Assembly: GCA_046483985.1 (NCBI GenBank)
Contig: JAWOCD010000099.1
Location: 68,648 to 132,647 of the forward strand
Direction of reading: 5' to 3'
Origin: Promethearchaeia archaeon
GTDB taxonomy: Archaea; Asgardarchaeota; Lokiarchaeia; Sigyniarchaeales; SOKP01
Length of the DNA stretch: 64,000 nucleotides
Below the pieces are notes generated by a model. The model was not told the DNA's origin and did no database searches. It saw only the letters and a list, made by a program, of their open reading frames with translations. This document shows positions 32,692 to 42,946 of the stretch, piece after piece. Every line of letters starts with the position of its first letter. The first letter of the stretch is position 1. The translations under genes were made by a program, and so were the position numbers.

Positions 32692-32736
32692 TTAAGTTTA
32701 CTTACCACAGTCGCTAATTGTGGTAAATTAACTTAA
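32692..32736. promoter_or_regulatory. Extended imperfect inverted repeat between divergent AOR and small ORF
   Basis: TTAAGTT-tac-TTACCACA-N9-TGTGGTAA-att-AACTTAA. Confidence 0.45.
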
Positions 32737-32768
32737 TTAATCAAGATAAAATCTGTATGATCCAATAG

Positions 32769-33002
32769 GTGGTATTTATGTTACTCGAGAAAGCTAAAAA
32801 AAAGGATTTTTCGATAAGTAAATTTATTGATTATGAGCGTGAGAAATGTGTGTTCTATGACAACATTTATTTAGATGAAGAAAAGCTGGTTATAAAGCAG
32901 GCTATCGTTTGTAAGCGTTCTGTTCGAGATGAGATTTGCAAGGGAATAAAATTGGAAAAATTTAATTTGGCAAAATATACTTTTCTTACATCATATGAGT
33001 AA
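32769..33002 (+). CDS. Small hypothetical protein
   Basis: 77-aa ORF; AGGTGG RBS precedes the internal ATG at 32778. Confidence 0.55.
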   Translation: MVFMLLEKAKKKDFSISKFIDYEREKCVFYDNIYLDEEKLVIKQAIVCKRSVRDEICKGIKLEKFNLAKYTFLTSYE

Positions 33003-33060
33003 GTTTCTATTTTAGTCTATTTGTTTTAGTTGGACTTTTTAGCAAGGAATGTCCCAAAAT

Positions 33061-33195
33061 TTAGTTTTTTTTATCTTCTTGGTTTTCCGCATTCCATAAA
33101 TTCCAGCAATGAAAACATATATAAGTGCCATCGTCCAAATGGACTAAATCTTTTTTGCTGCGGAACATGCCGCACTTTTTACATCTTATTTTCAC
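33061..33195 (-). CDS. 44-aa zinc-finger microprotein (not in ORF track)
   Basis: MKIRCKKCGMFRSKKDLVHLDDGTYICFHCWNLWNAENQEDKKN; two CxxC motifs; GGGGT RBS-like sequence before GTG. Confidence 0.75.
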   Translation of the reverse strand: MKIRCKKCGMFRSKKDLVHLDDGTYICFHCWNLWNAENQEDKKN

Positions 33196-33722
33196 ACTTA
33201 TGACCCCATGTATGAGGTTAGTTTGATATTGAGATAGTTATAAAGTATTCCATTTTAATTATATTATTGAAAGGAATACCCTTAAAAGTAATGGTTATAT
33301 TCCACTCAATCTTAATAAACAAGTACATATCCCCGACTTGATTTTTAAGTATAAAGAAAAAGAAAGAGTACCAAGGGATTTAAAAACCGAGCCAAATTTT
33401 TTAAAAAGGGAGAGAAATAGGCTAAATAGCCTATAGAGGGCGAAATCCAATGTGGGCTCAGTTTTCAACCCTTTAGACGTTACATTTGAGATCCAAATTC
33501 AAGAACTTGTATCCCATTAATATATTTAAATTACCTAGAATTCTTTATAAAGGGAAAGGAAAATATATTAATTTCGTGATATAAGAACAAAATAAAATTT
33601 AAAAATGAATTCAATACCCGTTAACAAAGTTTTATGCGCTTGAATCCCTTCAGTCATTAAACGTTTTATATAATATGTTTAGATTCACGCACTTAGAGCC
33701 CTTTGGACTTTGGAGCCGAGAT

Positions 33723-34535
33723 TCAGATCCAATCATCAAGCCGTGATGCAGGGATTCGGTTCTTTATCCGTGTTAAGCGCTTTTTGGCAGATTGCACATA
33801 TTTTTCATTTTTTTCTATGGCGATGCAAAACCTATTTAATTTTCGACATGCCGCGTTTGCTGTTCCCGTCCCTGCAAAGGGATCAAGCACTAAATCCCCT
33901 TGATTGGAAGACACCTTGAGTAAATGCTCGTACAATGCCATCGGCTTTTGAGTGGGATGCAATGTATGAACTTCTTTTTCGTTTGAATCCGATGCGTATT
34001 CAGAGATTTCTTGTCTCAACCGTTCCTCTCCCATACATATTGGGGTGGTAATGAGATTATGCATCTTATTTTGACCGAGAAAATGAAAGGGGGGATTTCC
34101 TCTAACCATAAAAAGGATCGCTTCCGTCGAGGAAAGGTACCCGCTTTTCCGAATTTTCGGAGCCGGATTGGATTTATGCCAGATCAGAACGCCTTTATAC
34201 TTCATATCATAGGAAAGACAGATCTTCATTAGATCGGTAATGAATTGCACCGCGAAAAAGACATAAATGGACGAATCTTGTTTCATTTTTACAGAAATCT
34301 CCTTTATCCACTTTTCTGTAAACTCAAGATATGCAGGATAAGATTCGAATTGATCAAATGATACTTTTTGGGTTATATCCGCACGATGCTTAAATTTCAA
34401 ATCTGTTTTATTCATCACGTTAAAGGGTGGGTCTGTTATAATGAGATCAATCGAATGCTCGGGCAATTTAGGGATGATATCCAAACAATCACCATGGATA
34501 ATGGTATTGACATCAAGATCATCAAAGAGAGTCAT
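33723..34535 (-). CDS. Orphan N4-C/N6-A DNA methyltransferase, beta class
   Basis: Motif IV TDPPF precedes HPTQKP and motif I DPFAGTGT. Confidence 0.93.
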   Translation of the reverse strand: MTLFDDLDVNTIIHGDCLDIIPKLPEHSIDLIITDPPFNVMNKTDLKFKHRADITQKVSFDQFESYPAYLEFTEKWIKEISVKMKQDSSIYVFFAVQFITDLMKICLSYDMKYKGVLIWHKSNPAPKIRKSGYLSSTEAILFMVRGNPPFHFLGQNKMHNLITTPICMGEERLRQEISEYASDSNEKEVHTLHPTQKPMALYEHLLKVSSNQGDLVLDPFAGTGTANAACRKLNRFCIAIEKNEKYVQSAKKRLTRIKNRIPASRLDDWI

Positions 34536-34605
34536 ATTCGTCCAAATATAAAGAAGATTAGTTCATAAAAAGAGTTTTTCTTTTTTTCCCCTTTTCATTT
34601 CGATA

Positions 34606-35799
34606 TTAGAAAATGAGCGAGAGAAGCGGATATGAAATCAATAATAAAAGAAAGCAGAAAAATATTGGTTTTACGATTATTTTCAACGTGGTTTTATAAT
34701 CTGTTTCCAAATAATTGATTGAGTAGGAAACGCAAGGATGAATAGGCGTAATTAAATATCCTAAAAAGATGGCACAATAAAGAAAAATAAATTCTATTAG
34801 CGGCATTGCAAATAAGGCATATTGGATTAAAAAGATAGGTATGAGAATGGAAAGCGGTAATTGCATCCTGCCCGTTGCATAGCCTAAAAAAAATGCAATA
34901 CCAATAAACAACAGAAAAGGAAGATTTAAGGCTCCAATGGTGTCGGCAACTCCAGAGTTCGTAAACACTTCCAAGAAGAGGAACATCGCCAAGATAAGAA
35001 GGGGGAATCGCCAAAGTTTCATTTCTTCAGAAATCTCCCTAACATCCGAAAAGTTTAATTTACTCATATAGAGGGAAATAAAAATACTAATGATAAGGCC
35101 GGTCAGTAAATAGAGTTCTTGTGTCTCAATGGGAAATAGCCACCTGCCGATAAAATCAATCAGAGGGGCTATGATTAGGGGGATAAAGTTATGAAATACA
35201 CGCTTCAAGTCCCGATCGCTCTCTTCCTCTCTAGGCGTCACATTCTGGAGCATAAAAAGATATCCCACCAAAACTAAGATAAAAAACGGAATAATTAGGG
35301 CCGCAACCAGAACATAGAGAGAAATATCCGCAAGTACACTGGCAACAATAAGCGCAGGAGAGAGAGGATAAATGAGAATTAACACATGCCGGTACCAGAT
35401 ATTGATACTCACTTTCAGTGGGGGAGATAAATCGGGATCAATTTGGTCTATGATGGGGGCAGACATTAACGCTCCCCCAGCAAGCGGTAACATCCCAAAA
35501 AAAGCGGGACTCACCATCAGAGATGCTTTTTTCGAAACCTTCATTTTTTTTATAAGTTCGATCATTAACCCTGACTTTTCCATTATCCCCCCTAAAATCG
35601 GAATTAATGTTACTGCAATTGCTAGGACAATAATTGAACGGTCCAAAATAACATTTAGGGACGCGGAAATTAAATTAACCTCAGCAAGGAGCGCAAAAAT
35701 GGCTGCGGCAACTAATAGTACGATACTTAACTCTTGTTTAGATAAAAGCAGAATGAAGGCAACAACCAATAAAAAACTTAACCACGCTGGTAACAACAC
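34606..35799 (-). CDS. DUF401-like / ion-transporter superfamily membrane protein
   Basis: GMLPLAGGALMSAP, NIWYRH, ITPIHPC. True start is probably the GTG/TTG of VLLPAW; the longer ORF start lies inside the IS end. Confidence 0.8.
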   Translation of the reverse strand: MLLPAWLSFLLVVAFILLLSKQELSIVLLVAAAIFALLAEVNLISASLNVILDRSIIVLAIAVTLIPILGGIMEKSGLMIELIKKMKVSKKASLMVSPAFFGMLPLAGGALMSAPIIDQIDPDLSPPLKVSINIWYRHVLILIYPLSPALIVASVLADISLYVLVAALIIPFFILVLVGYLFMLQNVTPREEESDRDLKRVFHNFIPLIIAPLIDFIGRWLFPIETQELYLLTGLIISIFISLYMSKLNFSDVREISEEMKLWRFPLLILAMFLFLEVFTNSGVADTIGALNLPFLLFIGIAFFLGYATGRMQLPLSILIPIFLIQYALFAMPLIEFIFLYCAIFLGYLITPIHPCVSYSINYLETDYKTTLKIIVKPIFFCFLLLLISYPLLSLIF

Positions 35800-35847
35800 A
35801 ATTAACTTAATATTGTACCATTTATAAGTTCCTTTATTACATATACG

Positions 35848-36370
35848 TTGAACTACCACGCCCTAAAGGGCGGTGGATTCGTGCTCCCTAATGTGCTATA
35901 TACACCTTAGACAACACAGGATGGTTCTCCACCCCGATATGATCGTCATTCGGTTTTACCTTAGCATTACACACAGGACAGATCGATGAGGTATGGCGCT
36001 CATATATTACGATTAACTCAATTCCGTATTCTTCGCACTTGTTCTGTATTTTCTTTTTGAATATATCGAAACTCCAGAAGTTCTGAATCATTTGGTTGAT
36101 CTTCTCCTTATTTTTGATTTGTTTTGGAATTTTACAGTCCCTTATTCCTTTGAGGTCGCCTATGATGACCTTTAAAACCTTATACTGCTTCAGTTTACGG
36201 AATAGATGAGCGATAATGTTGTTCATATAGTTTTCCAGCTTTCTCCTTCTTTTTAGGAAAAGTCTCCTTATACGCTTGGTAGAGTATCTGTTATTGTCTT
36301 GCTTGGCTATTGATTGGTATCTGGCTATTTTCTTAGTTATTTTGGTGTATTCATCAAATATATGTTCTGA
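35848..36370 (-). mobile_element. tnpB: IS200/IS605 remnant: truncated tnpB plus intact right end
   Basis: IIGDLKGIR (RuvC-II), WSF...IQNKCEEYGI, ERHTSSICPVC. Frame is open to 36370; RuvC-I and RuvC-III are missing. Right end GAATCCACCGCCCTTTAGGGCGTGGTAGTTCAA. Confidence 0.9.
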
Positions 36371-36377
36371 CTAATTG

Positions 36378-36821
36378 CTATTCTTCCTTCAGCTTTTGGA
36401 GAATAAACTCTAAAATCTCAATCAAATGCTCTTTATAGCTTTTTTGTTCGGGATATTTATAACTAAATTCTCGCCAGTTTGGTCGTTTATGCCCCATCTT
36501 AAATTTAATTCCTTTCATTGAAGTATTATACGTATTTGCATTTAATTTTGTTGTAATTTGATCTGCTAATATATACCAATGATACTTTGTATTTACTTTT
36601 GCACCACTGTGCCGAGGTGCTTTATGTGCTCGATGTTTCACACAATCAAATTTTATTACCCATCTATCAGGTGCTTTTTTCTTTTCAATCCATGTCCCAT
36701 CTTTATAAAACCATTTGTGAGAAGAACCTATTTTCATACCAGTGTAAACTTTTCCATCATAAGTCTTTAACGAGTCATAGGAATCATACATTTTTTTTAT
36801 GTCACCTTTTACTCTAATCAA
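36378..36821 (-). CDS. Conserved hypothetical beta-rich protein
   Basis: YTGMKIGSSHKWFY...W...APDRW...KYHWYILADQ looks like a conserved family of unknown function. Confidence 0.7.
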   Translation of the reverse strand: MIRVKGDIKKMYDSYDSLKTYDGKVYTGMKIGSSHKWFYKDGTWIEKKKAPDRWVIKFDCVKHRAHKAPRHSGAKVNTKYHWYILADQITTKLNANTYNTSMKGIKFKMGHKRPNWREFSYKYPEQKSYKEHLIEILEFILQKLKEE

Positions 36822-36905
36822 GATGAATAATATAGTTAAATATTAAAAGAAAGAAAGAGTGGTGATTTTTTCTTAAAAAATAGGAGAAAATAGGAGATAC
36901 TTGAA

Positions 36906-37493
36906 TTATCTTGATCCAAGATTTGCTTCTAATTTTTGGTAAAATTCTAAGATAAAACGATGTTTCTCTTGAGCCATTTGTTTTGTCTCGTCTAAATAAA
37001 GTAAGTCCTTCAATTTTAATATCTTATTCTCCAAGTGGTCAATTACTTGAGCAAGCCCCCCACCATTCTTTATAGTGAAACCGATGGTTCGATACAGACC
37101 AATGGACCCAAGAGCATCCAATTTATCGGCATCAGAGAGGATTTTTGCCTCAATTGTCTCGGGAAAGACCCCATTAGAAAATGAATGAGATCGGATACAA
37201 TGAATAATTCTTTCTTCGGCAAGTTTCGATAATCCGAGGTTAGTTGAATTGAGGAAAGATTTAGTCATTTCTGCCGAGAGTTCAGCATGATTTCTATTTT
37301 CCGTATCTTCTCTTACTCGACCTGTATCGTGTAAGAGGGCAGATATTTTCAATATATCCAGATTTACATCAAATAGGTTAGCCAGTTCCATACAGGTAGT
37401 ATAAACTCGCATTACATGAGGAAATCCATGAATATCTTCCTGCTTAGAATTTTGGCGGGCAAAGGTTTTAACTTTCTGGATAGTCTCGGACAT
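36906..37493 (-). CDS. HD-domain phosphohydrolase
   Basis: HGFPHVMRV, ALLHD, HAELSA, HSFS, DADKLDALG; likely start MSETIQ. Confidence 0.92.
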   Translation of the reverse strand: MSETIQKVKTFARQNSKQEDIHGFPHVMRVYTTCMELANLFDVNLDILKISALLHDTGRVREDTENRNHAELSAEMTKSFLNSTNLGLSKLAEERIIHCIRSHSFSNGVFPETIEAKILSDADKLDALGSIGLYRTIGFTIKNGGGLAQVIDHLENKILKLKDLLYLDETKQMAQEKHRFILEFYQKLEANLGSR

Positions 37494-38058
37494 TCGATTA
37501 TTTAAACCTAATTTTGCAACGATTAAATCTACTAATTGAGGAAAAGTTTTATAAATCAAAAACCTTATCATTGTCAAAAAGATTCTGGACATATCGGGAC
37601 TGAGCCGACGGATTTTTTTACTACTGAGGAATGCAAAAAGCTTTTGGAAAGTTTAAGTTTCTCCTGGAGGGTATGCTCACCCGCGATTCGCAAATATTGA
37701 ATTCGATGGCATTTATCCCAACACCGAAGGTTTTTCCGCCAGAAATCAATTTATTTCCCTAGTAACTTTTAGTGATTACCGGAATAGTTGGGTTGATTAT
37801 TATCATTATTTACCTCATATATTCCATAAAACTCTTTCTAAAAGAGAGAACCTCAAGAGAATAAACAGAAAAACATCACTCTCAGGATTTTTATAAAATA
37901 GAACGAATTTATTTCACTAGCAGAAAAAGTGAAAAAATTATAAATAAGCATTTAAAATTAGTTAACTGTCCTAAAAAACCACATATTTAAATGTGTGTAT
38001 TTTGTCGTTATGTGTATGCCGTAATTTCGAATCCAGCATTTAATAGAAAAAATTTTAT

Positions 38059-39399
38059 ATGCATAGTTTATATAAAATTCATAGAAAAATCAAATTTAAA
38101 AGAAAAAATATGAGTGAAGAAAAATCGAATTTGGGCGAACTCAAGTGTTTTACTAAAATCCCTTCATCCGAAATAACAATCCAAGAAGAGGATATTTTTT
38201 ATCGCCCCAAATATAATGAAGTAATCAATTATTTCAAATATCTTCTCACTATCGAAAAAAATGAATTAGAATATGGTCCGAATGGTCTTTTATTAATCAC
38301 TAGTCCGTACGGTACTGATATTGTAGACTATCTTAAATTAATCTCTCAAAATTATTATTTAGATTTCTTTCAACTCAATTTCAATACTATTCAGAAGGAA
38401 AACAAGAAATTTCCTCAAAAATTAGGAGATTCTCTTAAAAAATTGAACAAAAAAGAGAAGATTCAAGAGGAAACTCAAGAAAATAAGGAGGAAAAAAAAG
38501 AAGAAAATAAAAAAGAGAAAAAAACCGAAGAGGGTAAAGAAGAAAAGAAGAGGATTAAACTATTAGTCATTGATGAAAAAGTCTTATCTGAGAAGACCAA
38601 AGGAAAAAGATCTTTTTTGGAGAAATTTTTCATTTATCTTGCTAATCAACCAAAAGGTTCAGATTTATTAAAAAGAAAAGTTATTATGGTGTGGGTAAAT
38701 TATGATAAACGCTCAATTTTAAGAACTGGCAGCGAATTGTTTCAGTTTTTTGATTTGTATTTGAAAATTCCCAAATTAACTGAATCTGAGCGAGAAGTTA
38801 TTCTTAATACTTATATCGATCAAAATGAAATGATGAAGATAAATATTGAACAAGTGCTCCCCTATATGCATGGATGGGAAGTAAAGGACATTAACAACAT
38901 TCTAAAAGTGGCAAAGTTAAAATATCAAATTAATTCCGATTTAACCGATGAGACCGGTGATATTACCTCTATTATTATCGATTTAATCAAATCAGGAGAA
39001 TTTTTCCCTATTTCTATGAGCACTGAAAGTAAAGTAAGGTATACGGAAAAAAAGGAAGGTAATCATTCCAATCAAGCAATATCAGATAATAGAGGGAAAA
39101 AATCACATAAAAAAGAAGGAAAAGAGGAGAGAATCAAGACCTATATATCAAGTATGAAGGAGCAAAAACATTCCGAATTTATGCTGAACCAATTATATGA
39201 AGATGCGGCTTCTAAGAATTATGACGAGTTACTATTAATTATCGAAAAAATGAAGGATAATGAACCTCTGGGTGAAAATTCAAGAAAAATTTTAGGAAAA
39301 TTTCCTTTTATCTTAAATGATCCGCCAAAACAAGCTTTGGTAACTTTAGAGAAAGCAAAAAAGAGAATCGACCATATACGAGGAATTTATAAGGAATAA
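38059..39399 (+). CDS. Degenerate AAA+ ATPase-like protein
   Basis: PNGLLLITSPYGTD (Walker A lacking GKT), LLVIDE (Walker B), FDLYLKIPKLTESEREVIL lid; likely start MSEEK at 38110. Confidence 0.65.
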   Translation: MHSLYKIHRKIKFKRKNMSEEKSNLGELKCFTKIPSSEITIQEEDIFYRPKYNEVINYFKYLLTIEKNELEYGPNGLLLITSPYGTDIVDYLKLISQNYYLDFFQLNFNTIQKENKKFPQKLGDSLKKLNKKEKIQEETQENKEEKKEENKKEKKTEEGKEEKKRIKLLVIDEKVLSEKTKGKRSFLEKFFIYLANQPKGSDLLKRKVIMVWVNYDKRSILRTGSELFQFFDLYLKIPKLTESEREVILNTYIDQNEMMKINIEQVLPYMHGWEVKDINNILKVAKLKYQINSDLTDETGDITSIIIDLIKSGEFFPISMSTESKVRYTEKKEGNHSNQAISDNRGKKSHKKEGKEERIKTYISSMKEQKHSEFMLNQLYEDAASKNYDELLLIIEKMKDNEPLGENSRKILGKFPFILNDPPKQALVTLEKAKKRIDHIRGIYKE

Positions 39400-39416
39400 A
39401 GGAGGAGACTATTAAG

Positions 39417-42400
39417 TTGGTAAGCAAAGCAGAGCAAGTGGAAGGGGATCATTATTATATCGAACGAGTTAAATTAGAGAATTTCCTCTCTTTTCAAAAG
39501 GATGAAGTCTATTTCGGTGGTAAGGAAAATAAATTTATTATAGTTATTGGTCCGAATTGGTCTGGAAAGACCTCTATTTTTCAAGCTATAAAATTCGCAT
39601 TAGGAAGTAACGAACGGGGAAAACGATATCCAAAATGGTCTGATTTTATTCGGCATAATCAAGACTATGCTAAAGTTGAATTGCAAATTAAAGACGAGAA
39701 TGAAAAAAATATTAAGATCAAAAGGACTGTTATCAGAGGAAGGTCACCATTTTTTGAGGTTCAACGAGAAAATGAAAAAGAGTTTACTAAGGTTCGTGCA
39801 AAGGAGGTACGAGATATCGTCAAGCAGATGGATTTTAATCCGGATAATCAATTTGCAATAGTGAGCCAAGGGAGAATAGATGAAATTAAAAATTTAAAGC
39901 CAGAAACGTTGTGTTCATTCTTAGAAGAGGGTGTAGGACTTAAAAGCTTAAGGACGGAAATCTTGGACCAAAAAGAGGGTGTGATGAATTTAAAAAAGAA
40001 ATTAAGCTCATTGCTTACCGAACAGAGCACATTGAAGGTTCGATTAAAGATGTTACAACCCAAATTAGAAAAATTGGAGAAGAAAAAAGAATTACTCAAA
40101 GAAAAGCAGAAATATGAAGATGAGCTCTTGTTCGCAAACCGAAAGAAAGTAGAAAACGAGATTAAAGAATTAAAAAAAAGACAAACTCAATTGAGTGATA
40201 AAATCGAAAAACTGCTCCAAAAAAAGAAAAAAAATGATAAAGAGATTAAAAAATATCAACACAAATTAGACAAGATAGAACAAGAAACAAATGGTTTATC
40301 GAAAGAATTAGGGATTCAAGAAGAAAAAAAAACCACTCTGGAAAAACAAATCAATCAATGGCAAAATGAAAAGAAATCAATGAAAAAAGAATTAGAACAT
40401 CTCGTTGATGAAATCTCGAAGAAGGAAAAAACCGTGGATAATTACTTGGAACAAAAAAAAAGCCTTGAAAAAGAAAGGAAAATCATTCAAAATGAAAAGA
40501 AGAGAATTGAAGAGCAATTCGATAAATTAATTGAAGAACAATCCGATTTGAATGAAAAAATTAAGCAAAATCAAAAACTCTTGAAAAAATATAAATCCTT
40601 AGATTCCAAGCGTGATAAAAAACGAAAAAAGATTGATAAAAATGAAGAAAAAATCGAAAAAATCAATAAGAGGATAGAGCAGAAGTTCGAGTTCTTAAAG
40701 GACGTTAATCACAAATTGAAGCAGAACAATTGGTTTATGGAAGATCCTACCGCGAATCTCTTAAAAAAATTGCAAAAGAAATATAATGAAATCATCTCTC
40801 AACAGAATAAATTGGAGAAGAAAAAGAAAAATTTAAATTCAAGAAAGTTCAGAAAGCTCCGGCGGTTGAAACATCTTCAAAAGTCCGTTAGGGAGAGAAA
40901 GATCGCCCTTCCCTCAAATATAGTCGTATTAAAAGAAGAAATCGAGAAAAGAGAATTAAATGTGAAAGGCCCCATCATTGATTATCTAAAATACGATGAC
41001 AAGCTCAGTTATGCCATTGAATCGGTGCTTGGGAAAAAATTATTATTCAGTTTTATTGCACAAGACTGGGACACGAAAACAATTCTGAATAGGATTAAAA
41101 ACAAATATAATGCCTATTGTAATTTATATGTGCCAAAGAAAAGGAGAATAAAAACTTTTCAAAAGATCTCCGGCAAGGGAGTTATAGGATATTTGGCGGA
41201 ACTTATTCAGGTGAAAGGAAATGATAAGGCCGTCAAAAAAGTACTTTACTCCAAGATTAAGAATTGTTTAGTCGTGGAGGATTATCACTCTGGCAAAGAG
41301 ATGCACAATTCCCATAATTTTAGAGGAAAATGCGTTACTCTAGATGGAAAACAAATCATTTCCTATCGATATGCTTACGAAACACCCTTTAAGAAAAAGT
41401 TAGATGGACTTTTAAGTGCGGGAACACAGAGAGAACAAGTCTCCGACCTTGAAACGGAGATTGAAGAATTGAATGACGCACTTTCTGAGCTAAAAGTGAA
41501 ACAGTCGAAATTGGACAACAAGCAACGAGAAACGAAAAATAAAATGGATTCATTCAAAAATTTGGAGTATTACTTTGAAAGAAAACAGAGACTTACCAGA
41601 GAGAAAAATGAATTATATGAACAACGAAATTCTTTGGAAAGGTCAAATGAGTCTATTGAAGAGGAAATCCAATCAATCAGCCAACAGATTAAGTCGTTAG
41701 AAAAAAAGACAGATCCTGATTTTTTTAAATGGAATAACCGTATCAAAGAAATTCCAGGAGAATTAAATGAGGTTAATCAAAAAAAGAAAAAATGGAATAA
41801 AAAACTCGATGAAAACTCGAAAATTTATAAAAACGTTAAATCAACCTATAATTCCCATCAGAGCGAGTTAAAAGAGAGTAAAAAGGAAAAAAAGCGAAAA
41901 GAAAAGGAATTCCACAAGGCAGATAGAGAGGCGTTCGAGTTATACAGACAATTAGATAAGATCGGGGAAAAATTATTAGAGATTAAAGAGAAAATCTCAG
42001 AAAAGCAAGAAGAGCGTGAAAAAATCCAGAAGAAAAGGGAAGAGTTTGATCAAAAAAGCATGGAATTGAAACTCCAACTGGATAAAGATAATATGAAGTT
42101 AAAGTCAATTAAACAAGAACAAAAGTCAAAAGAAAACGATTTAAAGCGAATTAATAAGAAATTAAAACCTCTTATCGCGAAAAATGAAGTTGCTCAGCGA
42201 CCAGTTGAAGAGATTAAACGAGACATAAAAGAGCTGAATAATGATTTACTGGAATATACCGACGTCAGCGATGATCTTTTAGTTCAAAAGGATAATATTC
42301 TTGCATCTCTAAAAGAAATTACCAAAAATAAAAAAAATGTCGAACAAGATATTAATGCAGCGTTAAAAACAGAAAAAAAGTTAGAACATAAGTATTACGA

Positions 42401-42917
42401 ACGGTTCGAAAAAATATTAGAAAAATTGGAAGGAAAAATTAATGAAAAATTCCAGTCATCTGATATAAAATCATATTGCTCGCTTACACTGAAGGGAGAT
42501 TTTAAGCATCTCGGGATTGATATTAAAGCTGCCACCTCAAAGGAATTGGTAAAATCGTGTACCGCCTTAAGCGGAGGACAAGTATCAATGGTTTCAATCT
42601 GTTTAATCCTTTCATTGCAGGAAATTAAACCTTCTCCGCTATGTATGTTTGATGAGGCTGCAATGTTTTTAGACGATAAAAACTCCGAAGCTGTATACCA
42701 ATTAATTAAATCAACCTTGGACGAGCATCAAAACGTACAAATGATATTATTCCTACCGAAATCTTCAAATTCCTTATTTTTATTGGCTGATAAAATTATC
42801 GGGATTGCCCGGGCCGGCAAAGAGGAAGTATCTCATGTATTTGAACCCGTAATTATTCATGAGAAGGATGAGCAGAAAGAAAATAAAAAGATCAAAATTA
42901 AAGACGATAAAAAATAG
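39417..42917 (+). CDS. SMC-family ATPase, Smc5/6-like
   Basis: GPNWSGKT, Q-loop VSQG, long coiled coils, central hinge, LSGGQ signature, PLCMFDEAAMFLD. Confidence 0.92.
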   Translation: MVSKAEQVEGDHYYIERVKLENFLSFQKDEVYFGGKENKFIIVIGPNWSGKTSIFQAIKFALGSNERGKRYPKWSDFIRHNQDYAKVELQIKDENEKNIKIKRTVIRGRSPFFEVQRENEKEFTKVRAKEVRDIVKQMDFNPDNQFAIVSQGRIDEIKNLKPETLCSFLEEGVGLKSLRTEILDQKEGVMNLKKKLSSLLTEQSTLKVRLKMLQPKLEKLEKKKELLKEKQKYEDELLFANRKKVENEIKELKKRQTQLSDKIEKLLQKKKKNDKEIKKYQHKLDKIEQETNGLSKELGIQEEKKTTLEKQINQWQNEKKSMKKELEHLVDEISKKEKTVDNYLEQKKSLEKERKIIQNEKKRIEEQFDKLIEEQSDLNEKIKQNQKLLKKYKSLDSKRDKKRKKIDKNEEKIEKINKRIEQKFEFLKDVNHKLKQNNWFMEDPTANLLKKLQKKYNEIISQQNKLEKKKKNLNSRKFRKLRRLKHLQKSVRERKIALPSNIVVLKEEIEKRELNVKGPIIDYLKYDDKLSYAIESVLGKKLLFSFIAQDWDTKTILNRIKNKYNAYCNLYVPKKRRIKTFQKISGKGVIGYLAELIQVKGNDKAVKKVLYSKIKNCLVVEDYHSGKEMHNSHNFRGKCVTLDGKQIISYRYAYETPFKKKLDGLLSAGTQREQVSDLETEIEELNDALSELKVKQSKLDNKQRETKNKMDSFKNLEYYFERKQRLTREKNELYEQRNSLERSNESIEEEIQSISQQIKSLEKKTDPDFFKWNNRIKEIPGELNEVNQKKKKWNKKLDENSKIYKNVKSTYNSHQSELKESKKEKKRKEKEFHKADREAFELYRQLDKIGEKLLEIKEKISEKQEEREKIQKKREEFDQKSMELKLQLDKDNMKLKSIKQEQKSKENDLKRINKKLKPLIAKNEVAQRPVEEIKRDIKELNNDLLEYTDVSDDLLVQKDNILASLKEITKNKKNVEQDINAALKTEKKLEHKYYERFEKILEKLEGKINEKFQSSDIKSYCSLTLKGDFKHLGIDIKAATSKELVKSCTALSGGQVSMVSICLILSLQEIKPSPLCMFDEAAMFLDDKNSEAVYQLIKSTLDEHQNVQMILFLPKSSNSLFLLADKIIGIARAGKEEVSHVFEPVIIHEKDEQKENKKIKIKDDKK

Positions 42918-42946
42918 AAAAATTATTACGATTTTAGGAGGATTAT

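Noticed and set aside
37590-37760. tRNA-like end (CGGGACTGAGC...) in the HD/AAA intergenic region
   Set aside because: No T-loop GTTCRA or cloverleaf could be built
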